Shown here in pieces: positions 12,298-24,200 of a stretch of 64,000 nt of DNA (the stretch's first letter is position 1; every line of letters starts with the position of its first letter). Made by a program: the position numbers and the translations under genes. The DNA comes from Ophelia neglecta (lineage: Eukaryota), in contig OZ260667.1 in NCBI GenBank assembly GCA_965285935.1, forward strand, positions 50,902,001 to 50,966,000, given 5' to 3'. The notes beneath the pieces are model-generated. The model did no database searches. It was given only the letters and a program-made list of their open reading frames with translations, and was not told the origin of the DNA.

Positions 12298-15200
12298 CTG
12301 AAAGGAATCCGAAACAAACATGAACGTACAATTATCGGTTTCAAGTTATCACTCAAACAAAAAAATACCAAATTGATGTGAAAAGCCCTTTTGAGCCATG
12401 AATCTCTTTCAGTGGTTAAATCTTGGTGGTTCTTGAAGGAAGGTCCCGGGGGTAAGCAACCCCTTTAGAGGGGGACAAGGAATCAGAGCTCCGCTTTCTA
12501 TTCATAAATTGCTCATTATCAGCTTCTAGAATGAGGGGGACGGTTTTTTAACAAACCCAACCCTTTGGAAATTATATGGGTATTTAACAAAAAATATTAC
12601 ACCAAACACTAAAATGTTTGTTTCCTTATCGTACCTGGCTCTACGTTGACAGAGCTGGCCGTACGAGCCTCACTGAGATCCTGACTACCAGCGTTGTATG
12701 CCCGGTTGTCCCTGCCATTCTCTGCCATCTCCAGGCTGTTACTACCTTTTTTCGCTCTACTGTCCTCCTCAAGGTCCACGCGCTCGGCAGTGTTGTAGCG
12801 GTCAAGGTATGTCAAACGTACCAGCTAAAAAACAAAACATGCGTGTCAGACCAACGTTAAGAGCCCTTAACCAATCAGACATAATATATGTGTGTCTCCG
12901 TGGATAAACAAGGTCTCAACCAATCATATACGTGTATCATATTTGACTAAAGATAGATGATTGTTAATATATTATGTCTGGGCGTAATTTTGAATAATAA
13001 ATTTTGTTGACAGAGAAACGATAATGTTGCAACATTTTAAAATCTCTGATAAACTTTCTCATGTATACAACTTCTGCATGTATATTTGCGGTTCGCTATT
13101 TGTCATACTATGTCCTGAAATATGGGTTATATATCCGCCACGATTCTGAAGTATTTAGAAGCTTTGTACGTGGGCATATTTCAACCTAGCACATGTCATT
13201 TTGCAATTTTTTGCAACATCATCAAGGAATACAAGGGATATATGAGGTAAGCAAACTAAATAAATGCAATCCTTTCCCATGGGTTTAACGGAAGTTGAAT
13301 ATTTCTCTTTCATACTAGTAACCATTCAAGTATAAATTGTCTACGCCGGTACTTACATATTTCTCATCAATTGGTTTGGTCAATAAACTGATGACAATGG
13401 TACATATGGTTGTTATACCCCACAGGAGTATTCCAAAGTGCAGGTAGTGAACCTAGAAACAAAACATAATATCAATTAAACACTTTAAACTAACATTATA
13501 TATAAGCATTGTAAATTACAGTAGGCTTGATGAATGTATGTATTACAAAAAAAAATGTGTCGTACATGACTGTCTGGCTCAGAGTTATTCTTTGTACCAT
13601 GTTAATATATATATAGAGGGAGCTTATTCTGCAGTTTTATTTGTGTTATACTGTTACCTTAGAGATGATAGCGGGTCGCGTGTCCTCCTCGCCACAGGCC
13701 GCGGCGGGGTAGGCAGACTCCCAGGCAAACCTGACAATGCCCACCAACAGACCGATCATTAATCCCCAGAAAGCTCCCTGGAATGTACAATCAACTCAAA
13801 CGATGATAAGATGCTACAAATGCACTGTCAAGATTCAAGACAAAGAATTTGTCATAGTTGGTGACTTTAATGTTTACTGACATTTTACCTGTTCCCGATG
13901 AAGAAAATAATTAGATAATAGATAGAAGATATTATATATGCAAAATATTTCAACAACAGTATTGACCTTCTCATTGGTTCTCTTCCAGAGCACAGCCAAT
14001 AGATACACAGCACATATGGGCGGGGCTAGGAAACTGGTCACTGATTGGATGTAATGGAAGAGCTCGCTGAAGTTCTTTACGATTGGAATCCATGCGATGC
14101 CGATTCCCACCATTACCAAAACAAAAACTCTACGAAATGAAGATTAATGCAGAATCATTAGTTATTGACTTCAATACCTTCATACATAAATTATAGTTAA
14201 CTTTTAGTTAAAATTAAGATGCTGGAAAAGCCTACTTCATTTGGCCAACTTGAAGGATAGTATGTAGATTTTATTATTTGCACTACAAGTCTATTAACTG
14301 TTAGGGGGCTGGAGATTTGTGTATTGGTGTGTGTTGAGTAATGGCTGTTGGTTCCCTATGATTTCGGACTGATTTAATTGTCTGCTCTCAATAACTGATT
14401 AGGCACTGTCTGTCTGTCGTCCTCTCCCGACTTATAGCCTAGCTTTTCTCAACGAACGCTCATACAGCAGTTGCAAAAATCACCCACCTGCCAACAATCA
14501 TAATCTCTGTGTCGCTAGCGTTCTTTCTAATTCGGGTCCAGATGTCCAGAGTGAAGATGGTGGACGAGGAGTTGAAGATTGACGTCAGGGAAGACATCAG
14601 CGCCGACATCATCACGGCCAACATCAGGCCTCTGGCTCCTGAAAAACAAAGATATATATTACAATTACACTATACATTTCGGCACTATATTTAGCTCTGC
14701 ACTTTTAGGCGCTGCGCTGTTAGAGAACATTAGCATGTCCCTACCTTAACCCACGTGACAACCTGCTCGCAATGCAGAACCAAAGCAAAAGCGCCGAATC
14801 ACACCGCGCAACGCCGAATACAACACCCAAGACATGGTTGCTGTTCAAAATTACAGACAAGCAACAAGCCTCAATTTTTCAGGGGACACAATAACATAAT
14901 CCATTAATAAAAATACACGCAAACAGTAGACCTGCATTATTAGTGGGAAGGACTTCGGAGATAAACTTCTGAATTGATTGTGTTCAATTAATATAAACCG
15001 GTTATGCTAATTTGGAGATTCGGGAGTAATTTCTCTACCCCTAATTTTCAGCAGCCTCCTCCCCAGGTATAAAGAAGCTAAGGATTACAAGGTGTGTGGT
15101 TTTTCGGTCTATGAAAAATCCCGAAATTATATGGATGTAGTTATAAGTTAATTATATGTTATTAGAGAGAATGTCCACAGCTGGCTTACCAGAAGGTAGT

Positions 15201-18200
15201 AGTTCTATGACCAGCGTGGGGTAGGCAATGTTGGTACAACCAGATCTGATGCCACACACTGCATCGCAAACATCCGGTTCAGCGCACGCAATAGTATCTG
15301 TAATATAAAAACCCAAATAAAAACATGAAATTTGTTAGAATGTAATAGGCTTGTTATCAAAAATATCATACTGGAAAAATATTTCAGACTGATAAAGATG
15401 AAAATTCACTCGGGACTAAGAAAAGGTCCTTTATAATAATGCATCGAGTTTCATCTCATCTAACCTTCCCCAACCCCGAGCTGGAAATTATTTCTGGACA
15501 ATACCCCTAAAATAACTTTATCTTAGTTCGTGTTTTCCCTATGCTAGACCACAGTCCATTGTTCCATTTTAAGAGAGTTCAAGAATTTACAGAAGTGTCC
15601 GTCCACAAACCGTGGTGCCCAGCCCACGGGACCAAACTGACTCTTTACGTAGATGGCTGGGCCCCACGTGCGGCTTACGAACACGTCAGAAAAATCTAGA
15701 ACTCTCTATCCTTCTAAGTCTCGTCACCTGGGAAGAGGATTCTGCTGATCATTCCTGGTACCACAATGAGCCACATGGGCAATATTTTAAGGTATCCGGC
15801 CAGAACACATCCTCCCTTGGCGTGGGACAGATCTTTAGAGGCAAGCGCTCGCTGGACTATCACCTATACGAAACACGTAAATAGTCAAAACCGTAGTCTG
15901 ATAAACTTATAGGTCTATATGCTATCAAAAGTAGTATATTTTAATATGTGCGTACATTTGGTAGAATTAATGAATATGTATAAAATATTAATTACCAACA
16001 GAAAATGAAAACATAGCTAGTTAGATAGTAATATGGCTCATAGATATTTACATGTTGAGTACTACCCCTTAATATATGTATATAAATATATAAAGAATAC
16101 GGAATACATATAATATTTTAAGTTGGAAAATATCTTAACAATTCATCCCAAGGATATTTTTATAATAAAAACATCAGGCCACTGAATATTTACTTGTATA
16201 CAATAAGAGTTCCAGTGGCCAATGCATACACTATTTGTTGAGGTGAACTTTTAACAGAGCAAAGAAAAAATACGAAGACTAAAGTGGCCGCAAGAGAAGA
16301 AGAGGCTTGGTATCACAGCGGCCTGTAGCAACACTGATACACAGTTACTAGCGGTTAGAACCCGTGAACAACTTAATAATTCAATTGTACAGTCAGAGAA
16401 AAAAAGTTAAGAACCTCACAAATGAATGGATAGATTATAAGAAGCGGTAAAGTAAGCCTAGTCCCTAAGACATCTTACAGTGTTAAACAGCAAAGAAGTT
16501 AACTTGAGTAGGTACCCATTCCCTTAAAAAGTGCCCTCCAAAAAAAATAACCCCGTGGTAGTTAGAAAGCAGTAGACACTAGCTGTAACAGGACTAGTTT
16601 ACTTATACTTATATTAAACAAAACCAAGCTGATAAGACTCCTTTGAATTCAGAAACCGAACACTATATACTATTATACATCGATGTAGGCAGATAAAAGC
16701 AAGCAGGCATTGACATATTCACTTTTCAGGACTGCCTATATTCGGCGCTGCTTAAAAACGCTGCGATATAGTACCTAGTTATATAGACACGCCCTATGTT
16801 CTCAATCACGTGACCGGCCAATCCCACGCGAGAACAACAGTCATACAGACAGCAGTGCGCACCCAGCGTAGGTTACAATTAATTAAACCAGTCCGCTCCT
16901 GTGCTTTCATAAGACGCGTTTGTTTTACAACTCTAGTGCACCCGAGTTCCAACTAGACCCAAATAAATGGCTAGATTTACACCCCGCGTCCTTCTTATTA
17001 TGTCAAGGGCATATGGCGCCTTTCGGGGACCAAACTAGATTTTCAACAACTTGCAGCTTGTTAACCAATAAGAAAACGGTTTGGTTGAATCTAGCCGTGT
17101 TGTTTCCTTTCGAAAGTTTTTCTTTAAACTAACCCAGGGGCATGCGCTCAGACCCCTACTGAACTCTACTCGCGTTGACTGAAGTTCAACGGTGAATGGA
17201 ACACGCCCCTGGGCTGAATGCCATCTGAACCGATGAACCAACATGGCGATATTTTACGTTTCATTTTTAGGCATTTGTTGCAATAAAGACTTGTAGATTC
17301 CAAATAAGCCTTATGATATTTTAGTTACGATGTTATTTGATAGTAGTAAGAGCACCTGGTCGGTACACCAGTACCAGACTCCGGACACGGTGAGGCCGAA
17401 GATCACTCCAGGCCAGGGCAGAGCGTCGTCGACGGGCCGGAGGAGGTGGAAGGCCTGGTCTGAGGGCTTGGCGCAGTGCTCGGGCGTGCTCGAGTTCTCA
17501 GATATGGTGACAGACGCCAGGGGCCAGGCATGTTTGAGCGCCTCGTAGCCGCCCACCCGCATTGTGGCTAAAATGAGCCAACAGGGGGAGGTAATGTTTC
17601 ATTTTGTGATGTTTCATTCTATATGGCTATTCGGTGGAATCGATGTGTCTAACTTCTCTGTCACAATGATTCCTTTACGCATTACCTTGAAATCAATGTA
17701 ATCGAGATTGCGAGGACTTCAGAGTAATCTTGCTGAGGTGTTTTTGCATGCCCATGATATGGCATTGAGTATTTGTCAATGTTAACATGCAGAATATGGT
17801 GTGGGATCTTCATGCGGGTGGTACTTTGATTAATGGTGAATGGTAAATTTGATGAATTGCATTCATCTAGTGCGTCTAATTAGAGACCGAAATGTGAAAA
17901 GCATTTGATTTATTTTAAATGCGCATATTTATATGAAACAAATAATCACAAAATATCCACATCCCTATTATGGTTTCATTTCAATAAACCAGTGCATAAA
18001 CAACATCGTGTGGCAAACTTTCTTCCTGATTTGTATTTTAGCAGTTCCTGATTTGCATTTTAGCAGTTCCTGATTTGTATTTTACCAGTTCCGGGATAAT
18101 CATTAATGCCAAGTTCTAGCTGCCACCCAATGAAGGCCTATCCTTACTCGAACAAATAGAACACTAGGTACAGCTGTCTATAATAGGTTGACAACATCGA

Positions 18201-21200
18201 TGTCTTGGGAGAATACTTCAGGTCTTCCGATTGAATATGTTTCGAATTTTGCCACTGGTGTTAACTTAGCCTACACCATAATAGGCGTATTTGACCTAAT
18301 GAGTTGAGCATTATATTTATGCTGTGCGCTTTTCAGAAAGCTTGTTTGTATACATAGGCCTATATGTGCGCGAGACTGTTATATAAGCAAATATAATAGG
18401 CTACTATAGTCACAGCACACATTTGACAAAAGACAGTGCCTCCTGTCTCTCTTTCTACAGCGAGGCCAGCATATTTTCGTCAAGTATTTCTACGTACTGG
18501 TTCTCCATGAAAGCAAATTCTAACTTAATTATGCGACTGTTTATGAGGCCATCATAGCTCTTTTCAATGCTAAAGCAAAGGCCCGTTTAGCCCCCTACTT
18601 GGTCAGTGCACCAATACCAGATGCTGCTGATGGTGAGGCCGAAGACGACTCCCGTCCAAGGAAAGTCTGGGTCTGAAGCCGGACGGACCAGGTGCATGGA
18701 GCGCTCCGGGGGTATACCACAGTAGTCGGTCCACGGGTCGGGGTACGTATAATTCTGGATGGTGTAGTTAGAAGCCGCCCTCACATAGGTGTGACTAAGG
18801 TTCTCGTAGTTGCCTACCTCTATGAGGCCTTGATTTTTAGTAAGGGTTAGAAGTGAAAATTAGTGTTAGGCAAATAGATACTTGAATACTGAAGCGGGGG
18901 GGGGGGGGGGGGGGAGGGGGTAGCAATATTTTCTTTAAAAGTTCAGGTGTTCAGCAATCGAATGATGACTTTATAGTTGAAATGTTTAGTCATATTTTCC
19001 ACAGACGGGCAGTGCCAAGTTATATATCCATGAACGTTATTTTGGCAAATAAAATACGCATGCGCAGTTGAATAAAAGCACGTTAGTTTAGGCACAATTG
19101 AGCTTCCATGGTTAAGATATAGACAAGTTCAAGCAAACAAAACGTTATCAAAAAACAGGTATATAGTTATACATGCGTTAATGTTAATGGTAGGAGAGTG
19201 AAAATTAGTATTAGGCTTCCTAGCGTTAGTCAACACCTCAGCAAAACATGCATGAATCATAGGCCTATTTGTAATATATATAAACATAAATAAACACTAT
19301 AAAGAGTGAAAAGAAAAGTAAGAGAATATATTAATTTCCTTCCGATGACTGAAATAGAAAGCTCAAAGAAGAAAACCGGTTATTGAAGACCAAGTTTGGT
19401 ACACGTATGGAACCTATAGGCCTACTGTTAGAATGCCGAAGCTGAAATAACCTGAAAGCGAAGGTGTGTATCACTGGGTTAGGACAAAGAATAGCAGAAA
19501 ATAATGTTAGTTGTGAACACAAGAAAATTGAGTTTTGTATACAGGTCAATATAGTTATAAAAGCAAAAATATAGTTGGACAAAGTGTGTTAGTTAATTTG
19601 TTGGCAAGTCAACATCAGTGAAAATTGGAGAAACTTGTCACGCATAGATGTCCCCAATTTCTAAAAATGGAGAAAGCGAAGGCTACCAGTTTACTGAAGA
19701 AGTCAGAAAGGCAAAAGTAAGGCGGAAACACCAACCAATCAGACAGTGTTAGAGTTCGGACGTCCGTCCACTAGGAGGAGGCATTGGCAGTCATCCAATA
19801 ACCTAGAATGTCACACAATGAGCTCAGCCAATCACGACTGGAGTCACATAATCACCTGATCGGAGCACCAATACCAGATTGAGGAGATGGTCAAACCGAA
19901 CATGATACCGGGCCATGGCAGTCCTGGGTCTTCGGCCGATCGAAACAGGTGGAAGGAATTCCCTGGGGGCGTACCGCAATCTTTGTACGAATAGTTCTCA
20001 TATCTAGGGGCATCTGCGTTTTCTTGGTACAACCTAGTCTCGTTGGAGACGGCGCCTAAATACTTCTGTGTAACTCCTTGATAGCCGCCTACCTTCAGAA
20101 GACCTACATAAAATGGCGGACATCACAAATATCAGAAAACCATGCAGTGCATCATACAATACAATCCATTCAATTTGGTAATTTATTTGACCACGGTATA
20201 CAGATTTACAATTGTCATGATTTTCCAGATACGTTGTTAATAGTGTGCAAAGGTATATGCATGCATTAGGTCTAGTGAACAGTTCATCTATGTACAGTCA
20301 TTCTGCTCAAGAGAATGGTTCGAATTAGACATTTCTGAAGTTTTTCTAAAAGAAACAACGTTAAAAATTAACGATAGGCACTTTCGGCTGCTGCATTTAT
20401 CTTCTTTGTTTTTTTTCTCAATTGGTTTCAATCACTGGAACTAGACATTCATATAAAGTGATATACGGTCGGATTCTCTGACAGTGTTGTGAAAGAAGAA
20501 TATTATTTTGTTATATCATCTTCTGACATTAAATGAATTAAATATTTGTGTGCATCGCACAATTATTCCCTTTTCTCGTTTGTACATCAGTATAGGAGAT
20601 AAAGAGTACTACATAAAATAATAATATACTCAAGAATATCTAGGATCTCGAGAGAAAAAATGTGGTCCATTATAATGGTGTATGTGAAATGAGTGCCTCC
20701 AATAGGTGGGTTATGAGGCTCCAGGGGCTGGTCCCAGAACCCCACCCCCCTGAGTGGAGGGTGGGAATGATTGTTTCCTCCGGACGGGGTGGGGTGTTAG
20801 GGGGGGGGGAGGGTCCGGAATCAGATTCCAGCCCCTCCCCCTCCTCCGGTAGAGGAGAGACACTCATCTCACATCCTCTATACATGATTTTATACGCGAA
20901 TCTTGGGAAGAAAGGGGTTGTGACCGCCTTGTTCCCAGCATCTGCTGCCAGCCCCAGCCACCCACCACCCACCACCCTCGCCCATGAGATAATATTGGCT
21001 TACTTGCTATCATGAGGTAGATACCGCCTATCAGCATGATGACAGTCTGAATGAAATCGGTCCATATGACAGCAGTCAAACCACCTGGTAAATCACAGAC
21101 AAACACACACTATAATTACTTATATTGATATTTAAGAACAGAGACCCGAACACTTATCATAAGGGCCAACTTGACAAACAACTAGGCTCATGATTATATT

Positions 21201-24200
21201 GTCATATATCACGTTATTATACTTTTCACTTTGTTCTCTCATATTGTACGGAAAATAAAAATCATTGCATTATTACAATTTGAGATAATTCACTGGTACA
21301 CGACCAATACTTTCCTCATAGCCTATATTAATCAATATAGGTACTTAATTTCTAGTTAAAAACGCAAGACATATTAATAGCTATCAACCAGGTGGAGCCG
21401 CCAAAGGCCTGCTATATGCAGGGATATCTTGGACTTTTTGCCTTGCGCAAGGATTAAAATAGATAATTTATGAAGTTCACTTTATCTTCATTTGATTACA
21501 ATTTTATCATGCCAGGAAAAATTAATAAATCAAATATAAATAAAAATGATTGACTAAGTGTAAGTAAATGTCTTGGACTCACCAGCGATTGTAAAGAGAG
21601 CGGCGATGGCGAGGAGAAGCAGGATGGACCAGTAGAGGTTCCAGCCCACAGCGGCCTCAATAAAGACGGCGCCGGCGTATAGATCGGCCTGCAACACCGG
21701 CAAATTATTGTTCAAATACCATAAAAAACATAGGCCCTTATGCTATTGTTCAGACGTGTGCTGGTTCTCTACACACAACAATTATTCGCCACTTCAATGT
21801 TTCTTTAATAGCTGTAGATTTCTTCGGGTAAAGACTACCAATTTTTGTCATTATACATGAAAGAAAAATTCAGTTGAGTTTGAAGAAAAAAAGAGACAAC
21901 TAGACTTAAATCGTGTCACTACTTACGGATACTTTGGTGAAGATGGAAAGTAGTACGGCCAGCACAGCCAGGTAAACTCGGATTCTTTGGCCTCCAAACC
22001 GTTTTTTCATGTACTCTGGCATGGTGTACACCTAGATGGCAGAAGTAGTATACTATTAAATTTGATCATCTTTGAACCATGTATATTGAAACGCACGTGA
22101 ATACAAACCACTCTTCGAAGGGACTTTCAAATACTTATCAGATCGGGGAGGTTTTCTATATAATCAGGCTATATGTCATTAAAAATATACATTATCTTAT
22201 TCGTATAAGTGTTATGATTAAAACAATTGGTCTGAATATAGAAGTGGTCCTCAAGCAGGTTTCACTGTACACGTATATGCCTAAAAGCTGTACAGGCGAG
22301 TGTACATGTATAGGGGCCTTAAAAAGGGGTACAGGAATATGAATACAGGGCAAAGTTGATGTGAGAAATGGAAGACAATCAATTTTTTTGCGCTTCAACT
22401 GCTTACATGTGTTTCCCTTCTTTAAAGAATGCGACAAGCGTTACTTTTATAAATAAATGTGTTATAAATGTATGTCAACATTATTTGTTTTCTCGGCATC
22501 TCCCGGAAAATGGGTTGCCTCTTTCCTAGTTGTTGATAATACGTTCAACACATCTATAGCTGATATTTTTTAAATAATGCAAGTCACAGTGTCCTGTTGG
22601 TCCAATTACCAGTGTATAAATTCAATAATTAAATCACCTTTACGCAAACAACGTACGAGATGATTCGATTTTTACCAGACATTAAGTGTTTAGTATGTCC
22701 CTTAGACCGTAGTAAATTATCCCTGAGTAGTGTAATGTCACGTTCATAAACACGCTTGTCGTATGTTGTTAATTTTATTGGATGGGGAAGAAAACTAGAT
22801 CATGGCTGAGTATAGATGATAAAGTGAAAAAGATAGGATTAACTTGATGTTAAACATGGGAAAGACTAAGTTTCAGTTGATTTGAAATGTTTTCTCAGCT
22901 GAATAATGAGACATTGAACTAGGAAACATTTTTACACACAGTTAAAAGACGATTTCCTAAAAGGTGATCCCGAGACCTCAGTTTTTCCTGTAGCAATCAT
23001 TTTGTGATTTACAAAGTTCATATTAAGGTATATAGGCCTGTAATATACCTGTAATAATGTTATTAATACAATTACATTTGGTACTCACCCCGGAAGCGAT
23101 ATAGACAGGCACGAACACCCATCCCAGTATCATCAGAATAAAAATGGCCTGGAAGAAAAAACAACAACACTATGTTAAGGCTATTTCTGAATTATATGTA
23201 TGGTTTTCTCTGTATACTTATACGTTATACATATATATATATGACGATTAAAAAGTGTTTATATATAATATATATCTAGTAGTAACATAATATATATCCA
23301 GGAATGTGTTTTTGATAAGGAAAAGCAGTCTTTCGTATCTTGCTGGGTCAACCATGACACATTTGGAGCGAGGGTCATAGGTCAGCCCTTGCTGACTTCG
23401 TGTAACTGTTTGTATAAGTACTTCAACATACAAAGGAGAGATACGAGTATAGACATATATACAGTTATTTATCATGCTCCCTTCATGCCAAAAACTGCTT
23501 AACCATGTCCTCGTTTTGAATAGAACAACACCGACCTATACTGTAACACATATGTTAATCGCCAACACTGTTTTGCGGACTAGCAGAATTTTTTGTTTAC
23601 CCCCAAAAAGCCCCCGACCCCCATCCCCACCCGCCGGGCCCACACAGACCGAGTTTAAATTTACCCATACCTTTTCATCTTGAACTGTTAGCACACTTCA
23701 AATTATTTGGCTGATAACAATCAACATTACATGAAAAAAAACCATTTAGTTGGGGTAAAGTGTACCGTAAGTCGCTGACAACATAGCTGGGACTCCCACT
23801 TAATGTATATATATACATCTTCTTTAATTACATTATTAATTTATAACAGCAATCTAGTTTTTTTTAAACTTAACGCAATTTATTTGATTTGTAACCGTAT
23901 CAGATAAATTTACAGATAACTTTTCACGTATTTTCTAAAATGTTGTTTAATTGCTTTTAATTGGGCCTCAATTGATACTACAGAATAATAAGAGTCTGTG
24001 ATTTGAGACCGTTGTGACAATTCATGCCAACAGAACGTCATATCAAATATACCCAGCGTGACCCAGCTACAGTCACTGTCGGAATTTAAAATAACATCAT
24101 CTCTGTCAGAAGGTATTTTTTTGCCTTTATAAGTGGCTTCGTAATTCGAGAGAACTTAAGACAGAAGTTTTTTTTTTTATTATTATTTTTTTGTAAAGAA

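Noticed and set aside
14808-16751. 13-nt pairing (with one G-U) between 16739-16751 and 14808-14820
   Set aside because: Both arms lie in short ATTCGGCG-ended repeat-like elements, and the stem would loop out essential exons 9-10; most likely repeat-derived.
15864-17355. A fourth exon 8 copy here or in 20104-21003
   Set aside because: No WYWC/FGLT-like coding remnant found by eye; a very decayed copy cannot be excluded.
17356-20103. Three separate SGLT paralogues or an assembly duplication
   Set aside because: Only exon 8 is repeated, every other exon was found once, and the copies are too diverged (with dissimilar introns) to be a haplotype or assembly artefact.
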